Positions 1 to 12,812 of a stretch of DNA of 64,000 nt are shown here, one piece after another. The stretch is from assembly GCF_006345805.1 (NCBI RefSeq), contig NC_043002.1:109554001-109618000 (forward strand), written 5' to 3'. Under the pieces are notes generated by a model, which was given only the letters and a program-made list of their open reading frames with translations, searched no databases and had not been told where the DNA came from. A program made the translations under genes and the position numbers. The DNA is from Octopus sinensis (Eukaryota). Numbering within the stretch: the first letter of the stretch is position 1; the number at the start of each line of letters is the position of its first letter.

Positions 1-1330
1 AATATTGACAGAATCGGATTCAACATCTGTCTGGTTTACCGAGAGGAAAACTGTCTTAATCTGAAAACTAATGAAATCACAAATCCAAATTACGGACCCA
101 TAATCTGCCTTCTTGACTTACAAAGCCTTAACTGCAATAACATTAAAGAAACAGCTGGATGATCTCAAGGTTTATGTAACAGATGATAAGCTCGAAAAGA
201 ACTCTAGTGTAAGCAGTTCATGTATTTCTCAGAGAAATTGGCAAAAAATAACTTGATTTAGAAAGTGTACAAAGACGGCCTTAACCCTTTAGCATTTAAA
301 CCGGCCCCTACCAGGCTCAAATATTCTACTAGTTTTATGCTCAAACTGGCCAGATCTAACCTCTTACACCTACTCTACAATATCAGTCTAAAGATAAACA
401 TTCATATTATTGAAATCTCAAAGCTACGAGATAATGCATGATTAATTCAAGACAATGTGAATAAATAAGGATTACATTTGACCGAGTAATCTAGATGGTA
501 AAGGGTTAAAGAAGACAAGAAACACCAAAATGTTAAATAAAAAAAGCTGAGATGAGGAAATAAACTAAACATGGACAAAAATACTCAGAAATCAACGAAC
601 TGAGTAGTGTACAGGACACAAATGAACGAAACGATTAGGAAAGGATATTAATGCATAAAATAAATGGAAAAAAGGGAAAAATACTCTAGAGGTTATAGTC
701 ATAATATTCTCAATTGGATGCTAAACAAATTAACATGACTAGACAAGAAAAATAAAAACCGTATTGAGAATACATCACCTGAAATCTGATATAAAAACAT
801 TATACAGGGAAGTAAAGACCTTATGCGCGTGGAAAACTATTATAAAATATCCACAATAAGACTACACGAAATATACGGTAAATAATAATGAAAAACTAAG
901 AGAAAGAACGACGTAAGATGAACAAAATAGGGAGCTGGCGATTAAAAAAACAGGGCCAACAAAAGATATTGTAAAAAGTTAAAATTGATGACATAAATGA
1001 GGCTACGGAATGCCATGATAAAACGATGGCAAGAAAATGTTTTACAAGGTTGATACCTGAGTAGAAGTAGATAAGTTAATTTGTAACAATGGCTGATATG
1101 TGTAAGACTGAAAGCCCAGACAGAATGGTTCTTGATTGCAGCACAGAACTCGCAGAAATAACCAAAAGCATATAAATGAAGCAGACTGCAGTATCAGGAT
1201 GTTTCAGAGTAACTGAGCGACCACTCTCTGGAATATACCATTACACACAGGGCAAAGAAATCAAGGTTTGTAAAGAGAACCTGAATCTGTGGTTGAAAAC
1301 AGAAAGAATCATTATGATATTAGGAATGAT
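1..1330 (+). mobile_element. Degenerate R4-like non-LTR retrotransposon fragment
   Basis: Remnant translations LDDLKVYVTDDKLEK (RT) and LKAQTEWFLIAAQ parallel the 5.5-9.6 kb element; many stops. Confidence 0.6.
285..505. mobile_element. piggyBac-type MITE
   Basis: TTAA|CCCTTT...AAAGGG|TTAA (TTAA at 281-284 and 506-509); related sequence at about 56733-56942. Confidence 0.75.
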
Positions 1331-1346
1331 TTTTAAAAAAATGTAC

Positions 1347-1509
1347 GCAGGAGTGGCTGTGGGGTAAGTAGCTTGCTTACCAACCACATAGTTCCGGGTT
1401 CAGTCCCATTGCGTGGCACCTTGGGTAAGTGTCTTCTTCTATAGCTTCGTGAGTGGATTTGCTAGACGGAAACTGAAAGAAGCTCGTCGTATATGTGTGT
1501 GTGCGTGTA

Positions 1510-1552
<43 letters not shown>

Positions 1553-1750
1553 TGTGTGTGTGTTTGTCCCCCCAACATCGCTTGACAACCGTTGCTGGTG
1601 TGTTTACGTCCCTGTAACTTAGCGGTTTGGCAAATGAGACCGATAGAATAAGTATTAGGCTACAAAGAATAAGTCCTGGGGTCGATTTGCTCGACTAAAA
1701 GTGGTGCTCCAGCATGGCCGCTATCAAGTGACTGAAACAAGTGAAAGAAA
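1347..1750 (+). mobile_element. tRNA-derived SINE, family B (CAGGAGTGGCTGTGTGG head, internal TG/TA microsatellite)
   Basis: A/B-box-like head and CACCTTGGGCAAGTG core; many near-identical copies in the window. Confidence 0.85.
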
Positions 1751-1965
1751 ATAGAAGAAAAAATACTTAGCCTCAACCCCAGAACTAAGAAATTGTTACC
1801 ATACCCAGAAAATAACACCACTGAGGACTGCACCGATATTTCGGAGATTGCTTCCTTGACAATGGAAACAACAAAAGCAAAACAAGCCATTCCTCGTGTC
1901 GAAGGAAGTATTTAACAGTGTACCGAAAGAACGTAATGAAAATAAGATTATTGTGCCAAAATTTG

Positions 1966-3300
1966 AAACTATTATTATTATTGTTTTGATTCTCGCTGTT
2001 CTATTTGCGGTTGTTCTTTACTTGAAAGCAGGCAATAACAAATCACCAAAGGTTTCAAGTAGTGCCTTCTCCTGTGACTCAAAGAGTCTCTTTAGAATGC
2101 GAGCTGTACCCTGTGAGTCTCTTTAGAATGCGAGCTGTACCCAATAAGGCTGTCTTCTGGATCACTTCGAACCTGACAGCAGCTCCAATATTCTCCATAT
2201 AAGCACGCCGGGCGAAATGCTTAGCAGTATTTCGTCTGTCTTTACGTTCTGAGTTCAAATTCCGCCGAGCTCGACTTTGCCATTCATCCTTTCGGCATCG
2301 ATAAATTAAGTACCAGTTGCATACTGGGGTCGATCTAATCGACTGGATCCTTCCCCAAAGAAATTTTAGGCCTTGTGACTAGAGTAGAAAAGAATATTCT
2401 TAATATGCTTTTCAAATGTTCCAATTACTACCGGTATCACCATTACTTTCTTCATGCCCCATAATTTTCCTATCACGTCCCGCAGTGGTTGGTATTTCTC
2501 ACTCTTTTCTCTTTCCTTACATTTCACCCTTCAATCGCCTCGTATTGCAACATCTATTATCTTTGCTTCTTTTTCATCTTTATGGATGATCACGATATCT
2601 GGCTGTCTCGCCTCTATGGTTTGGTCGCACTGCATGTTAAAATCCCAGAGTATTTTGTAATGTTCGTTTTCCATTATTCCCTCTGGCTTATGATCATACC
2701 ATTGTTTGGCTCTCTCGAGGTTTGCTTTACCGCACAACAGCCAGTAGACTGACCACACTGTCGTGTCTCGTTTTGTATTCGCATTGTGCGAGCTTACAGC
2801 ACTCACTAACAATATGGCTTATACTTTCTCCCTTCTCAGAACACTTCCTGCACTGTGGCAAGTCAGTGCTTTCATCAATGTGATATTTAGAGTAGTTTGT
2901 TCTGAGAGCTTGTTTTTGAGCGCTACACACTAATGCCTTAGTGGTCCCTTTTAAGTCTCCTTCTTGCAGCCATTGCCAGGTTCTTTTCCAATCTATCTCA
3001 TCTTTATCCTTCAAGAACTGACTGTACATTTTCTTATCCAGCCAAATGTTCTTCATCTGCTCTCTCTGGCCTTTCTTAAATCGTATTGGATCTACGGCTT
3101 TTAAGGTTCCTTGCATTTTCACTGCTTCAATCATTTCTTCTTTACTCCCCTCGACACACCAAGCCAGGCTATTCTCCTCTTCCCTTATCCTTATTATTAT
3201 TATTTTTTTCCTTCCTTCATTTTTTTCCCATTTCTCGCCGTGTGTTTTCCGTACACCCAGGGAAGAGAAGCTCATTATATGCATTCCCAGATTATACACG
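1966..3300 (-). mobile_element. R4-like retrotransposon 3' fragment (CCHC + RLE), interrupted by a SINE
   Basis: ORFs 2727-3299 (CRKC..H..SEC, RHD) and 2531-2812 (ILWD, RQPDIV, IDVAI); short AAT tail at about 1966-1980. Confidence 0.85.
2205..2395 (+). mobile_element. SINE family A (5'-truncated)
   Basis: Core GCCATTCATCCTTTCGGCATCGATAAATTAAGTACCAG, similar to other family A copies. Confidence 0.8.
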
Positions 3301-3349
3301 CAAATTCACAGGTAAAATATGTATTTAAAAAAAATAAATAAATAAATAA

Positions 3350-3918
3350 ATTCATGAATGGATGTTTTCACAGCGAAAATGCTCTTCTCAGTACATGAGT
3401 CGTTCCAGTTGACACGAATTTTTGCACTTCCTGTAGGGATGGTAAGCCTGGTATCATTTTCAAATAGGTTTCAGTATCTTTTTTTATCATTCCTAGAGAT
3501 CCTACAATCACTGGTACTGTAGTCGAGCTGGCAGAAACGTTAGCACGCCGGGCGAAATGCTTAGCGGTATTTCGTCTGCGTTACGTTGTGAGTTCAAATT
3601 CCGCCGAAGTCGACTTTGCCTTTCATCCTTTCGGGGTCGATAAATTAAGTACCAGTTACGCACTGGGGTCGATGTAATCGACTTAATACCTATGTCTGTC
3701 CTTGTTTGTCCCCTCTGTGTTTAGCCCCTTGTGGGTAATAAAGAAATAGGTACTGTAGTCGCCTTGAGATGCCACATTTTTTAATTTTTTATTAGCAAGT
3801 CTTTATATTTACTGATCTTGTCAAATTCTTTTGCTGCTATATTGTGATCGCAAGGAATACTCATGTCAATTAATAAACATACCTTTTTTGTCTGATCTTT
3901 TATAATAATATCCGGCTT
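3350..3918 (-). mobile_element. 5'-truncated R4-like RLE fragment abutting (TAA)n
   Basis: Minus translation KPDIIIKDQTKKVCLLIDMSIP...KISKYKDL...TVPVIVGSLG...HVLRRAFSL*; split by a SINE. Confidence 0.8.
3526..3748 (+). mobile_element. SINE family A with 13-bp TSD
   Basis: GGTACTGTAGTCG at 3513-3525 and 3749-3761. Confidence 0.9.
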
Positions 3919-3920
3919 AT

Positions 3921-4210
<290 letters not shown>

Positions 4211-4640
4211 AGTGAGAGAGTAGTGCATGCCATCAACGTGACACTGGGGTAAAATATACGAAGCCCAGTATAATCACCATTTGATAAGGGTACACCAGGA
4301 ACATGCATCACAACCATGTGTGCGTGACATGGTGATCTCATAGCAAGATAAACAACGCATGACCTTGCAGGTGGGGCTCAGTTAGAATTTTCTTCGGATT
4401 GAGTAGCCCATCCTGCTCAAAAGGTCCCTGAATAAGGGGTGTTTAAGGCTGTTCAATGAAACAGCCATGTTTCCAGAGGTGAATTATCCAAACCCCAAAG
4501 AATTCCTCTCAACACATGGTTATGATTTTCACCCACTATTCATTTTCGTGATCAGAGATGTACATATCGCCAGCCACTAAGGGACATGCTCAACTGGTTA
4601 AGGTCAAATCTGTGGTGTTGATCAGAATATTTGCTGTAGT
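4211..4640 (-). repeat. Unclassified interspersed repeat with (AAC/AAT)n tail
   Basis: Non-coding, GC-richer block ending in a microsatellite tail; single copy here, so classification is weak. Confidence 0.35.
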
Positions 4641-4703
4641 CCATCTTTTATACCAAGACAAAACAATGTACATGATAACACTTCCAATCAGTTAAGATCA
4701 TAA

Positions 4704-4756
<53 letters not shown>

Positions 4757-4758
<2 letters not shown>

Positions 4759-4885
4759 AGGCGTCAAGGTGGCAGAATCGTTTGTACGTCGGGCGAAATG
4801 CTTAGCGGTATTTCGTCTGCCGTTACGCCCTGAGTTCAAATTCCGCCGAGGTCGACTTTGCCTTTCATCCTTTCGGGGTCGATGA
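4757..4885 (+). mobile_element. SINE family A (partial)
   Basis: Head AAGGCGTCAAGGTGGCAGAATCG plus core. Confidence 0.8.
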
Positions 4886-5120
4886 ATGGTTTGAAAAGTT
4901 TGTGTGTTTTTGTATCTCCTGTGCAAGAAAGTGGAGGTTTGTTGAGAATGTTTATTAAAATAAGAATTTTGAAAACAAAATTACGTAAAATTCTAAAGCG
5001 AATAACACAAGGTTTGTTAAAATAATCATAGCTTGACTAGGCAAATAATTTCTACTTGATATTAAAAAAAAAAATATTAATTTTGTGACTTCAAACGATA
5101 TTTGACAAACTCGTGCCATT

Positions 5121-5302
5121 ACAGTTCTACATTTAAGAGATGAGGAATTATGTACATTATTTACATTATTTACATTTGACGGATATTTGTACTCACCTTG
5201 TTTGTTGTTAACACAACGTTTCAGCTGATAACCCCTCCAGCCTTCATCAGGTGTCTTGGTAAAATTTCGAACCTGAGTTCTCATTCCTAAGGTATTTTTC
5301 CA

Positions 5303-5367
<65 letters not shown>

Positions 5368-5437
5368 TCACAGCCTGGAATCGAACTCGAAATCTTAAGT
5401 TAAAAGCCTGCGCTCTTAACCGCTACGCCATATGCCC
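5121..5437 (-). mobile_element. tRNA-headed, TAA-tract SINE-like element carrying a hammerhead-like motif (left arm of a palindrome)
   Basis: A-box TGGCGTAGCGG, B-box GTTCGATTC, (TAA)n, then the HHR motif; same family at 39673-40290. Confidence 0.75.
5210..5255 (-). ncRNA. Minimal type I hammerhead ribozyme-like motif
   Basis: GACAC-CTGATGA-A-GGCTG(loop)CAGCT-GAAA-CG-TT-GTGTT; stems I and II pair; stem III is the palindrome ACGT. Confidence 0.6.
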
Positions 5438-5466
5438 GTGGACGTATGGCGTAGTTATTAAGTGAA

Positions 5467-5536
<70 letters not shown>

Positions 5537-5537
<1 letters not shown>

Positions 5538-8500
5538 ACCGGGGGACGTTTAAGGGAGATACACTGGGGGATGTTTAAGATGTAAGAAGGATAAAACAGA
5601 GCTCCGAAATCTATCCACAAACATCGAAGACAAGGACATCGTATGGAGCCAAAGATTTACTAACAAAGGATTGGACTGTATCCGAGTAAGTAATACTAAT
5701 TGAAATGTATTACAATTTTCGAAACGAAATGAAGTATTTTGACTCGATATCATCTCCACCTCTAACACAACACATGTAAACATGCGTGAAACATTACGAT
5801 CCATCAACACCAGATCATCCCCGACCCCAAACGCTATGTACAAAGTAACTACGAAGAAATTAAATTCCACCGATATTATTCAACCCAAGAATAACAATCG
5901 AGCGGTACGTACTTTAAACTTACAACACAAAATGTACAAAAAACTACACGTGCAAAACAATGTGACAACAGAAATGAACGGACCGGTACCCTACGAAAAT
6001 GACGACCGTCAAAATAATGGGCCGGACGTTGTTCCTCATGTCCCGCAAATAAAACCCAAAAGACATAAATGGACACGTGAGGAATACATTTCTATCTTAC
6101 ACGCATACTTCACAGCAGTGCTCTACCCAAAAAATGAAAACACAACACATACATATAAAATATGGAAGGAAAATAACATAAATATAGACTTGGATACAGC
6201 AATGAACCCTAATAAATTAGCTAACGTACGAAGATACATTCTCAACACAAAAAAAATCTCAGAAATAGAAATAGAACATCTAAAAAAATACACCAGGAAA
6301 ATGTAGATAGAAGCCACACAACAATGCCCAATAATATAAACACTGAAACAGTAAAACACGAAAACAAACGTAACATTCCCAACAAACACGATGTAAACAA
6401 AAAACAACAAACCCAGACCGTAAGGATGCATAATAATACACGACAAACAGCAAGCCAAAACACGGCAAACAAACATATAAATAAGAAAGAAAGCGACACA
6501 AAGATAACATAAAAAGTAATATAATCAAAGAACTGAAAACCACAGAGCTCAAAATGGATCACCGACCATACCTCCCAAGAATCAAAATAGACGAAACAAC
6601 AACACCAATTATAAACAGCATAAACCTAGCCGTCACGGAACTAATAGCCACTGAAACAAAAAGCGATATCACTGAGCTAAATGACTTAGTATACGCAGCA
6701 GCCACTGCAGCCACAAAAGAAGCTGGATACTCACTCAAACCCATCCAAACAGGAGTACCACCACCCAAACAAACCCTGTGGATAAATAACATCCAAAACA
6801 AAATACAAAAAATGAGAAAAGATCTGTCGATTCTTAATGAAATCAGTAGACAATCAATGCTACTGAGCAACAAAAAGAAAACAAAAATACTCCGCAAATA
6901 TAACATCACAGAAAAAGATTTCCCTGAGATAAAAGAAAAGCTGAAGCAGGATATCCTTGCCAAAGCACAAAGGATCCGCCGGTACGAGAAACGCCAGCGC
7001 TTCTTTGAACAAAACAAAAAGTTCAACTCCAACCCCAAAAAGTTCTACCAAGAACTTGGCAAAAATAAAATAGAAATCACTGCAGCACCAACGGCAGAAG
7101 AAGTGGAAGAATTCTGGAGAAAAATATGGTCGGCGAACGAACAACCAAAAAAAAAGGAGTATCAAAACAACAAACTCAGCATCTGAGCAACTTTGGACCC
7201 CCATAACAACTGAAGAGGTCACCCAGGCACTGCAAAGACTAAGCAACTGGAAGGCATCTGGGCATGACAAGATCCCCAACTTCTGGTTGAAATATCTAAC
7301 AGGAATGCACAAAAAGCTGGCTGAAAACTTTAACAACATACTAGCAGAGCCAGAGACAATGCTGAATGGCTCACGAAGGGGAAAACCATCTTAATTCCCA
7401 AATCAAATGAGACAGCAAAACCAGAAAACTACAGACCAATAACCTGTCTCCCTACAATGTACAAGGCATTTACTGCAGTGATATCACAAAGGTTGAACAA
7501 GCACCTGGACGAAAACAACCTGTTCCCAGAAGAGCAGAAAGGATGCCGCAAAGGCTCATATGGCTATAAAGATCAACTAATGATTAATAAAGCCATAACT
7601 GAAGACAGCCACAGAAAGAAGAAAGGCCTCAGTATGGCCTGGATCGACTACAAAAAGGCGTTTGATAGCATTCCCCACACATGGATCCTCGAAACACTAG
7701 CCATTAACAAAGTAGCACCAACAATCATAAAATTCATAGGGCACTCTATGAATAAATGGCAAACAGTGCTACAGCTCCAAACAAAAGAGGGACTCATGAA
7801 AACCAAAGCCATCCTCATTAGAAGAGGAATATTCTAGGGAGACACGCTCTCTCCACTCCTTTTCTGCTTGGCACTGTCACCTCTATCTGATATGCTAAAT
7901 AGAACTGGATGCGGATATAAATGTTACGGCAAAACGATCAGCCACCTTTTATATATGGATGACCTAAAACTATACACTGCAAATGACAAACAGCTGGAAA
8001 CCCTATTAAAGACAGTTCATGGATTTACCAAAGAAATAGATATGAAATTTGGATTAGAAAAATGCGCCAAAGTAACCATGAAAAGAGGAAAACTAGTTAA
8101 GAGTAGCAACATCACACTAGATAAAACCAATGAAATAAAAGAATTAGACCAAAGCCAAACTTACAAATACTTAGGAATCCATGAACTAGATAAGACACAA
8201 CACACACAAATGCAAGAGAAAAATAAAAAAAGAATATTATAGACGAGTTAGATCAATACTAAAAACAGAGCTCAATGCTAAAAACAAGATAATAGGTATT
8301 AACACTTTAGCTGTCCCAGTTATAAGTTACAGCTACAATATCCTTAACTGGACACTAAATGAACTGACCAAAATAGATAGGAAAACAAGAAAAATAATGA
8401 CAGGATCTAGGATGCATCACCCAAAATCTGACATAGAAAGACTATATATACAACGTATAGAAGGTGGTAGAGGCCTTATACAGCTGGAAAACTACTACAA

Positions 8501-9580
8501 AATAACCACCATAGGACTGCAAAAATATCTACTTTAGAAGGAAGGAAACTTATACAAATAGCGGCAAAACACGAGCAAAACAAAAAACTGTTCTCAGTAT
8601 TTAAGGAAGCTGACAAATACAAACAAGAAATCATACCACCTAATAAATATGAAGAAGAAGAAGAAGATGAAGAAACAACAAAAGCTATAAAACAAATGAA
8701 ATCCAAACTAAAAATAGAACAGCAACGAACCATGATAAAACGATGGCAAGAAAAGCCCCTTCATGGTAAATACTGGACTAAACTAAACGCAAAAGAAATA
8801 GACAAAGAAAAATCCCAGCAATGGTTGAGAAGCTCAGGACTCAAAGCAGAGACAGAAGGATTTTTTTATTGCAGCACAAGACCAAAGCCTCCCCACCAGA
8901 AATTACCAAAAACATGTAATAAAAAGAAATATAACAAGTAACTGCAGAATATGTGGAGATGGACAAGAAACAATAAATCATATTATCTCTAGCTGCCCAG
9001 TCCTGGCTAAGAAGGAATATATTCCTAGACACAACAGAGTTGGGATCTACATACACTGGAAGCTATGCCAACATTATGGAATAACAACAGAAAAAAGATG
9101 GTATAGGCACACACCAGAAAAGGTCACAGAAAACGAGAAAGCAACCATACTCTGGGATATGTCGATACACACAGATAGAGAAATTAAGGCCAACAGACCA
9201 GATATAGTTGTCAGAGATCATGAAGAAAAAAAATGCTTTCTAATTGATGTATCAATACCGGCAGATGACAACGTGTCTCTAAAAGAAATGGAGAAACTCT
9301 CAAAATACAAAGATCTGGAAATAGAGGTAACCAGAATGTGGAATCTAAAAACAGAAACAATTCCTATCATAGTAGGTGCATTAGGCATGATAAAAAATAT
9401 TCAGACAAATACATAACAAAAACACCAGGACTTACAAACACATATAACATACAGAAAATTGCACTACTAGGCACTGCACACATCCTACGCAGAACACTTT
9501 CCATACAATAACCATCAGAGCATCACAACAAATCACAGCACATACCTAAGGCACACAGAGCTGCTATAAAAATAAAACTA

Positions 9581-9583
<3 letters not shown>
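5537..9583 (+). mobile_element. Near-full-length R4/Dong-clade non-LTR retrotransposon (RT + CCHC + restriction-like endonuclease), disrupted
   Basis: N-terminal KWTREE motif; YRPITCL; YMDD at 7952-7963; GIF*GD nonsense at 7835; CX2CX8HX4C from 8943; RH, RPD, IDV and EKLSKY RLE motifs; several frameshifts; (TAA)n on both sides. Confidence 0.95.
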
Positions 9584-9654
<71 letters not shown>

Positions 9655-9830
9655 CAACAAAATCGAAAAATACTTTAGGAATGAGAACCTAGGTTCGAAA
9701 TTTCCCCAAGACATCTGTTGAAGGCTGGAGGATATATCAACCGAAATGTTGTGTTAACAACAAACAAGATGAGAACAAATATCCATCAAATGTAAATAAT
9801 TTAAATAATGTAAATAATGTACTCGTATCA
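9584..9830 (+). mobile_element. Right arm of the palindromic tRNA-SINE/HHR element, displaced by the R4 insertion
   Basis: Reverse complement of 5140-5360; degenerate HHR (CTGTTGA...GAAATGTT) at 9710-9755. Confidence 0.75.
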
Positions 9831-10480
9831 TTAGTTATGAGGTGCTTTCGAAAGGAATAAAGATGTGCAGAATTGCAAGTTTTGAAAGAGTTCAATTGTT
9901 GAAAAGTTTTACTATTTAACATAATATATATTAAATGAATTGTCTGTTGTATATATTGGTCACTAATTGTTGCATACTACACATGAATTATCTATTGTAT
10001 GGTGTTTGCTAAATGTTGTACACTTTAAATAAATTACTTTTTGTTACTTTTTGTTTTCTGTGAATGAAAAGAAACTGTCAAGACTATTGAAAAGGTTGCA
10101 AGACGCAACGAAAATTTTAAGAAAATAAAAATAAGAAATAAGTGGAAATTTTACCGGTGAGTGTGTTACATTATAAGGCACAAAAAGAAAATGACTCTTC
10201 CCAGACACAACAGAATATGCTTCAACACACGAACTCACATAAAGAATCTTGCAAACCAAATCCCAAAACGAAAAGAAACTGGGTTTGCTTTAAATAGAAA
10301 CTGAATGATGCTGGAATGCATTTTGGCATTGAGAAATGGTATCTGTATCATGAAAATGTATTCATAAGAATGCAAAACTAGACTAAGTGTTATACAGACG
10401 AAACAAAGTATTTTACATCAACACAGAAAATAAACAATAGAGGTCGCTCAAATAGCTACCGTCGTCGCCATGTATCGCAG

Positions 10481-10790
10481 AGTGGAGGCACATGGCCTCG
10501 TGGTTAGAGCAGCGAACTCGCGGTCGAGGGGTCGCGGGATCGAATCTCAGACCAGGCGATATATGTGTTTATGAGCGAAATACCTAAGCTCCACGCGGCT
10601 CCGGCAGAAGGTAATGGCGAACTTCTGCTGACTCTTTGGCCACAACTTTCTCTAACTCTTTCCTCCTGCATTTAGCAGCTCACCTGCGACGGACCGGCGT
10701 CCCGTCCTGGTGGGGAACCTATACGCCAAGGAAACCGGGAAACTGGCCCTAATGAGCCAGGCATGGTTCGAGAAGGAACAAACAAAAAAT
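10481..10790 (+). mobile_element. tRNA-derived SINE family D with 11-bp TSD
   Basis: TGGAGGCACATGGCCTCGTGGTTAG head; TSD ATGTATCGCAG at 10470-10480 and 10791-10801. Confidence 0.85.
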
Positions 10791-10899
10791 ATGTATCGCA
10801 GTGCTGTGCAACCATTTTTTCACTTGCGGTACATTTTTATTCTTTTCAAAATTCGGCAAACTAAAAATATAACTAAAAGTATAGGGAAAAAAAATTCAG

Positions 10900-11460
10900 A
10901 TTCCACTAGCATCATCTTGTGGCACACCAGTGTGCCGCGGCATGCCGGTTGCGGAGCAATGATGTACGCCTGCAGTGCATTGATGACACTACAACGAAAC
11001 TCTTCCCGACTAAGCACGAGTTCTCTAGCTGCCTTGTCAGCTCGTGATATTCTCCATCCATTTCATTCTTTGTCTGTCTCTTCATCAACTACCCTCTACT
11101 CTTCCTTCCACGATAATGTTTTCTAAACCCTTGCTTCTTCGAATATGTCCGTAACAGACGGGCTTTTGTTTTATCACAATGTTCAGGAGTCGTCTTTTAC
11201 CTACTTGTTGTGACACCCATTCATTTGTCTGATGGTCCTTAGAAGAGACTCCTAACATTCTCCTATACACCCACATCTCAAACACATTGATTATGTTCTC
11301 TTCAAATTTGTTCAGAGCCCATGCTTCGCAATCATAAATGGCTATTGACCAAATGAGCGATTGCACTCATTATATATTATGGAGTTAAACAATAACACAT
11401 TGGTAAGGTTTTTTCCCCTACTATAACATGGCTGTTCTATAAAGAACTGTTAGCACATTT
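10900..11460 (-). mobile_element. RTE-clade LINE 3' fragment
   Basis: ORF 11085-11366 (IYDCEAWAL...FEMWVYRRMLGVS...YGHIRR...IVEGRVEG) resembles an RTE RT C-terminus. Confidence 0.8.
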
Positions 11461-11511
11461 TAGCCACAGAAACACGTATTTTCCAACTGGTTAACGACAC
11501 ACAGCATGTGT

Positions 11512-11915
11512 CCGATATACTGTGACTAAGGGAGCGAATCACTCCCCTCCAGCTTGGCAAGACCAGTTGACCATGGTTTCTGGGTTTTTTTTTTACCCTT
11601 CATCGGTACTGGACACTTGGCTGCTAGAGATGGCAGTCAATTGACTCCACTCACAATATATAAACAGAAAAGCAGTAGACAGACGCTGATCTCGTAACGA
11701 GCAAAGTAGCTACTTCTAAAATCTGTAAACGGGGAATAAGTTTTCTTGCCAGCCTACCGCTTCTCTGTTTATATATTGTGAGTATGGACGATTGACTGCC
11801 ATCTCTAGCAGGCAGATATCCAGTACCGATGAAGGGTAAAGACTCAGAAACCATAGTCTACTGATCTTGCCAAACTGGAGGGGAGTGATTCACTCCCTTA
11901 TTCACAATATATCGG
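11512..11915. repeat. Foldback element (arms 11512-11678 and 11754-11915) with a hammerhead-like motif in each arm
   Basis: Arms are reverse complements; HHR at 11563-11612 (-) and 11820-11863 (+). Confidence 0.85.
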
Positions 11916-12088
11916 GGTTTTCCTGGGGTTAAAATGTAGTAGCATAGTTCTTTTTATACAACAGCCATGTCATAGTGGCAACCCCCCCCCTCAAAAACAC
12001 GTTACCGTCTAGTATTGTCACAAATTATATTGCGTTTATAGATTTTAGAATTAGCTACTTTACTCCAATAATATATTGTTTTTGATAA

Positions 12089-12720
12089 GGCGGCGAACTG
12101 GCAGAAACGTTAGCATGCCGGGCGAAATACCTAGCAGTATTTCGTCTGCCGCTACGTTCTGAGTTCAAATTCCGCCGAGTTAAGCTTTGCCTTTCATCCT
12201 TTCGGGGTCGATAAATTAAGTACCTATTTCTTTATTACCCACAAGGGGCTAAGCACAGAGGGGACAAACAAGGACAGACATAGGTATTAAGTCGATTACA
12301 TCGACCCCAGTGCGTAACTGGTACTTAATTTATCGACTCCGAAAGGATGAAAGGCAAAGTCAACCTCGGCGGAATTTGAACTCACAACGTAACGCAGACG
12401 AAATACAGCTAAGCATTTCGCCCGGCGTGCTAACGTTTCTGCCAGCTCACCGCCAAAATTAAGTACCAGTTACGCACTGGGGTCGATGTAATCAACTTAA
12501 TCCGTTTGTCTGTTCTTGTTTGTCTCCTCTGTGTGTAGCCCCTTGTGGGTAGTAAAGAAATAGGTATTTCGCCTGTCTTCACGTTCTGACTTCAAATTTG
12601 TCTTTCATCCTTTCGGGGTCGATAAATTAAGCACCACTTGCATCCTGGGGTCGATCTAATCGACTGGCTCCACTCCCCAAAAATTTCGGGCGTTGTGCCT
12701 AGAGTAGAAAAGAATATATT
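12089..12720 (+). mobile_element. Nested family A SINE cluster (antisense copy at 12225-12454 inside a sense copy)
   Basis: TSD AAATTAAGTACC at 12213-12224 and 12456-12467. Confidence 0.85.
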
Positions 12721-12812
12721 GTTTTTGATAAATCAAGCAACATGAAAGCATAAAAAACTACTTTTAAAATCCTTAACAGTAAAGAATAAAAAAATACTTA
12801 CATAAAAACAAT

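Noticed and set aside
10030-10440. Possible piggyBac transposase remnant
   Set aside because: Similarity too weak to support.
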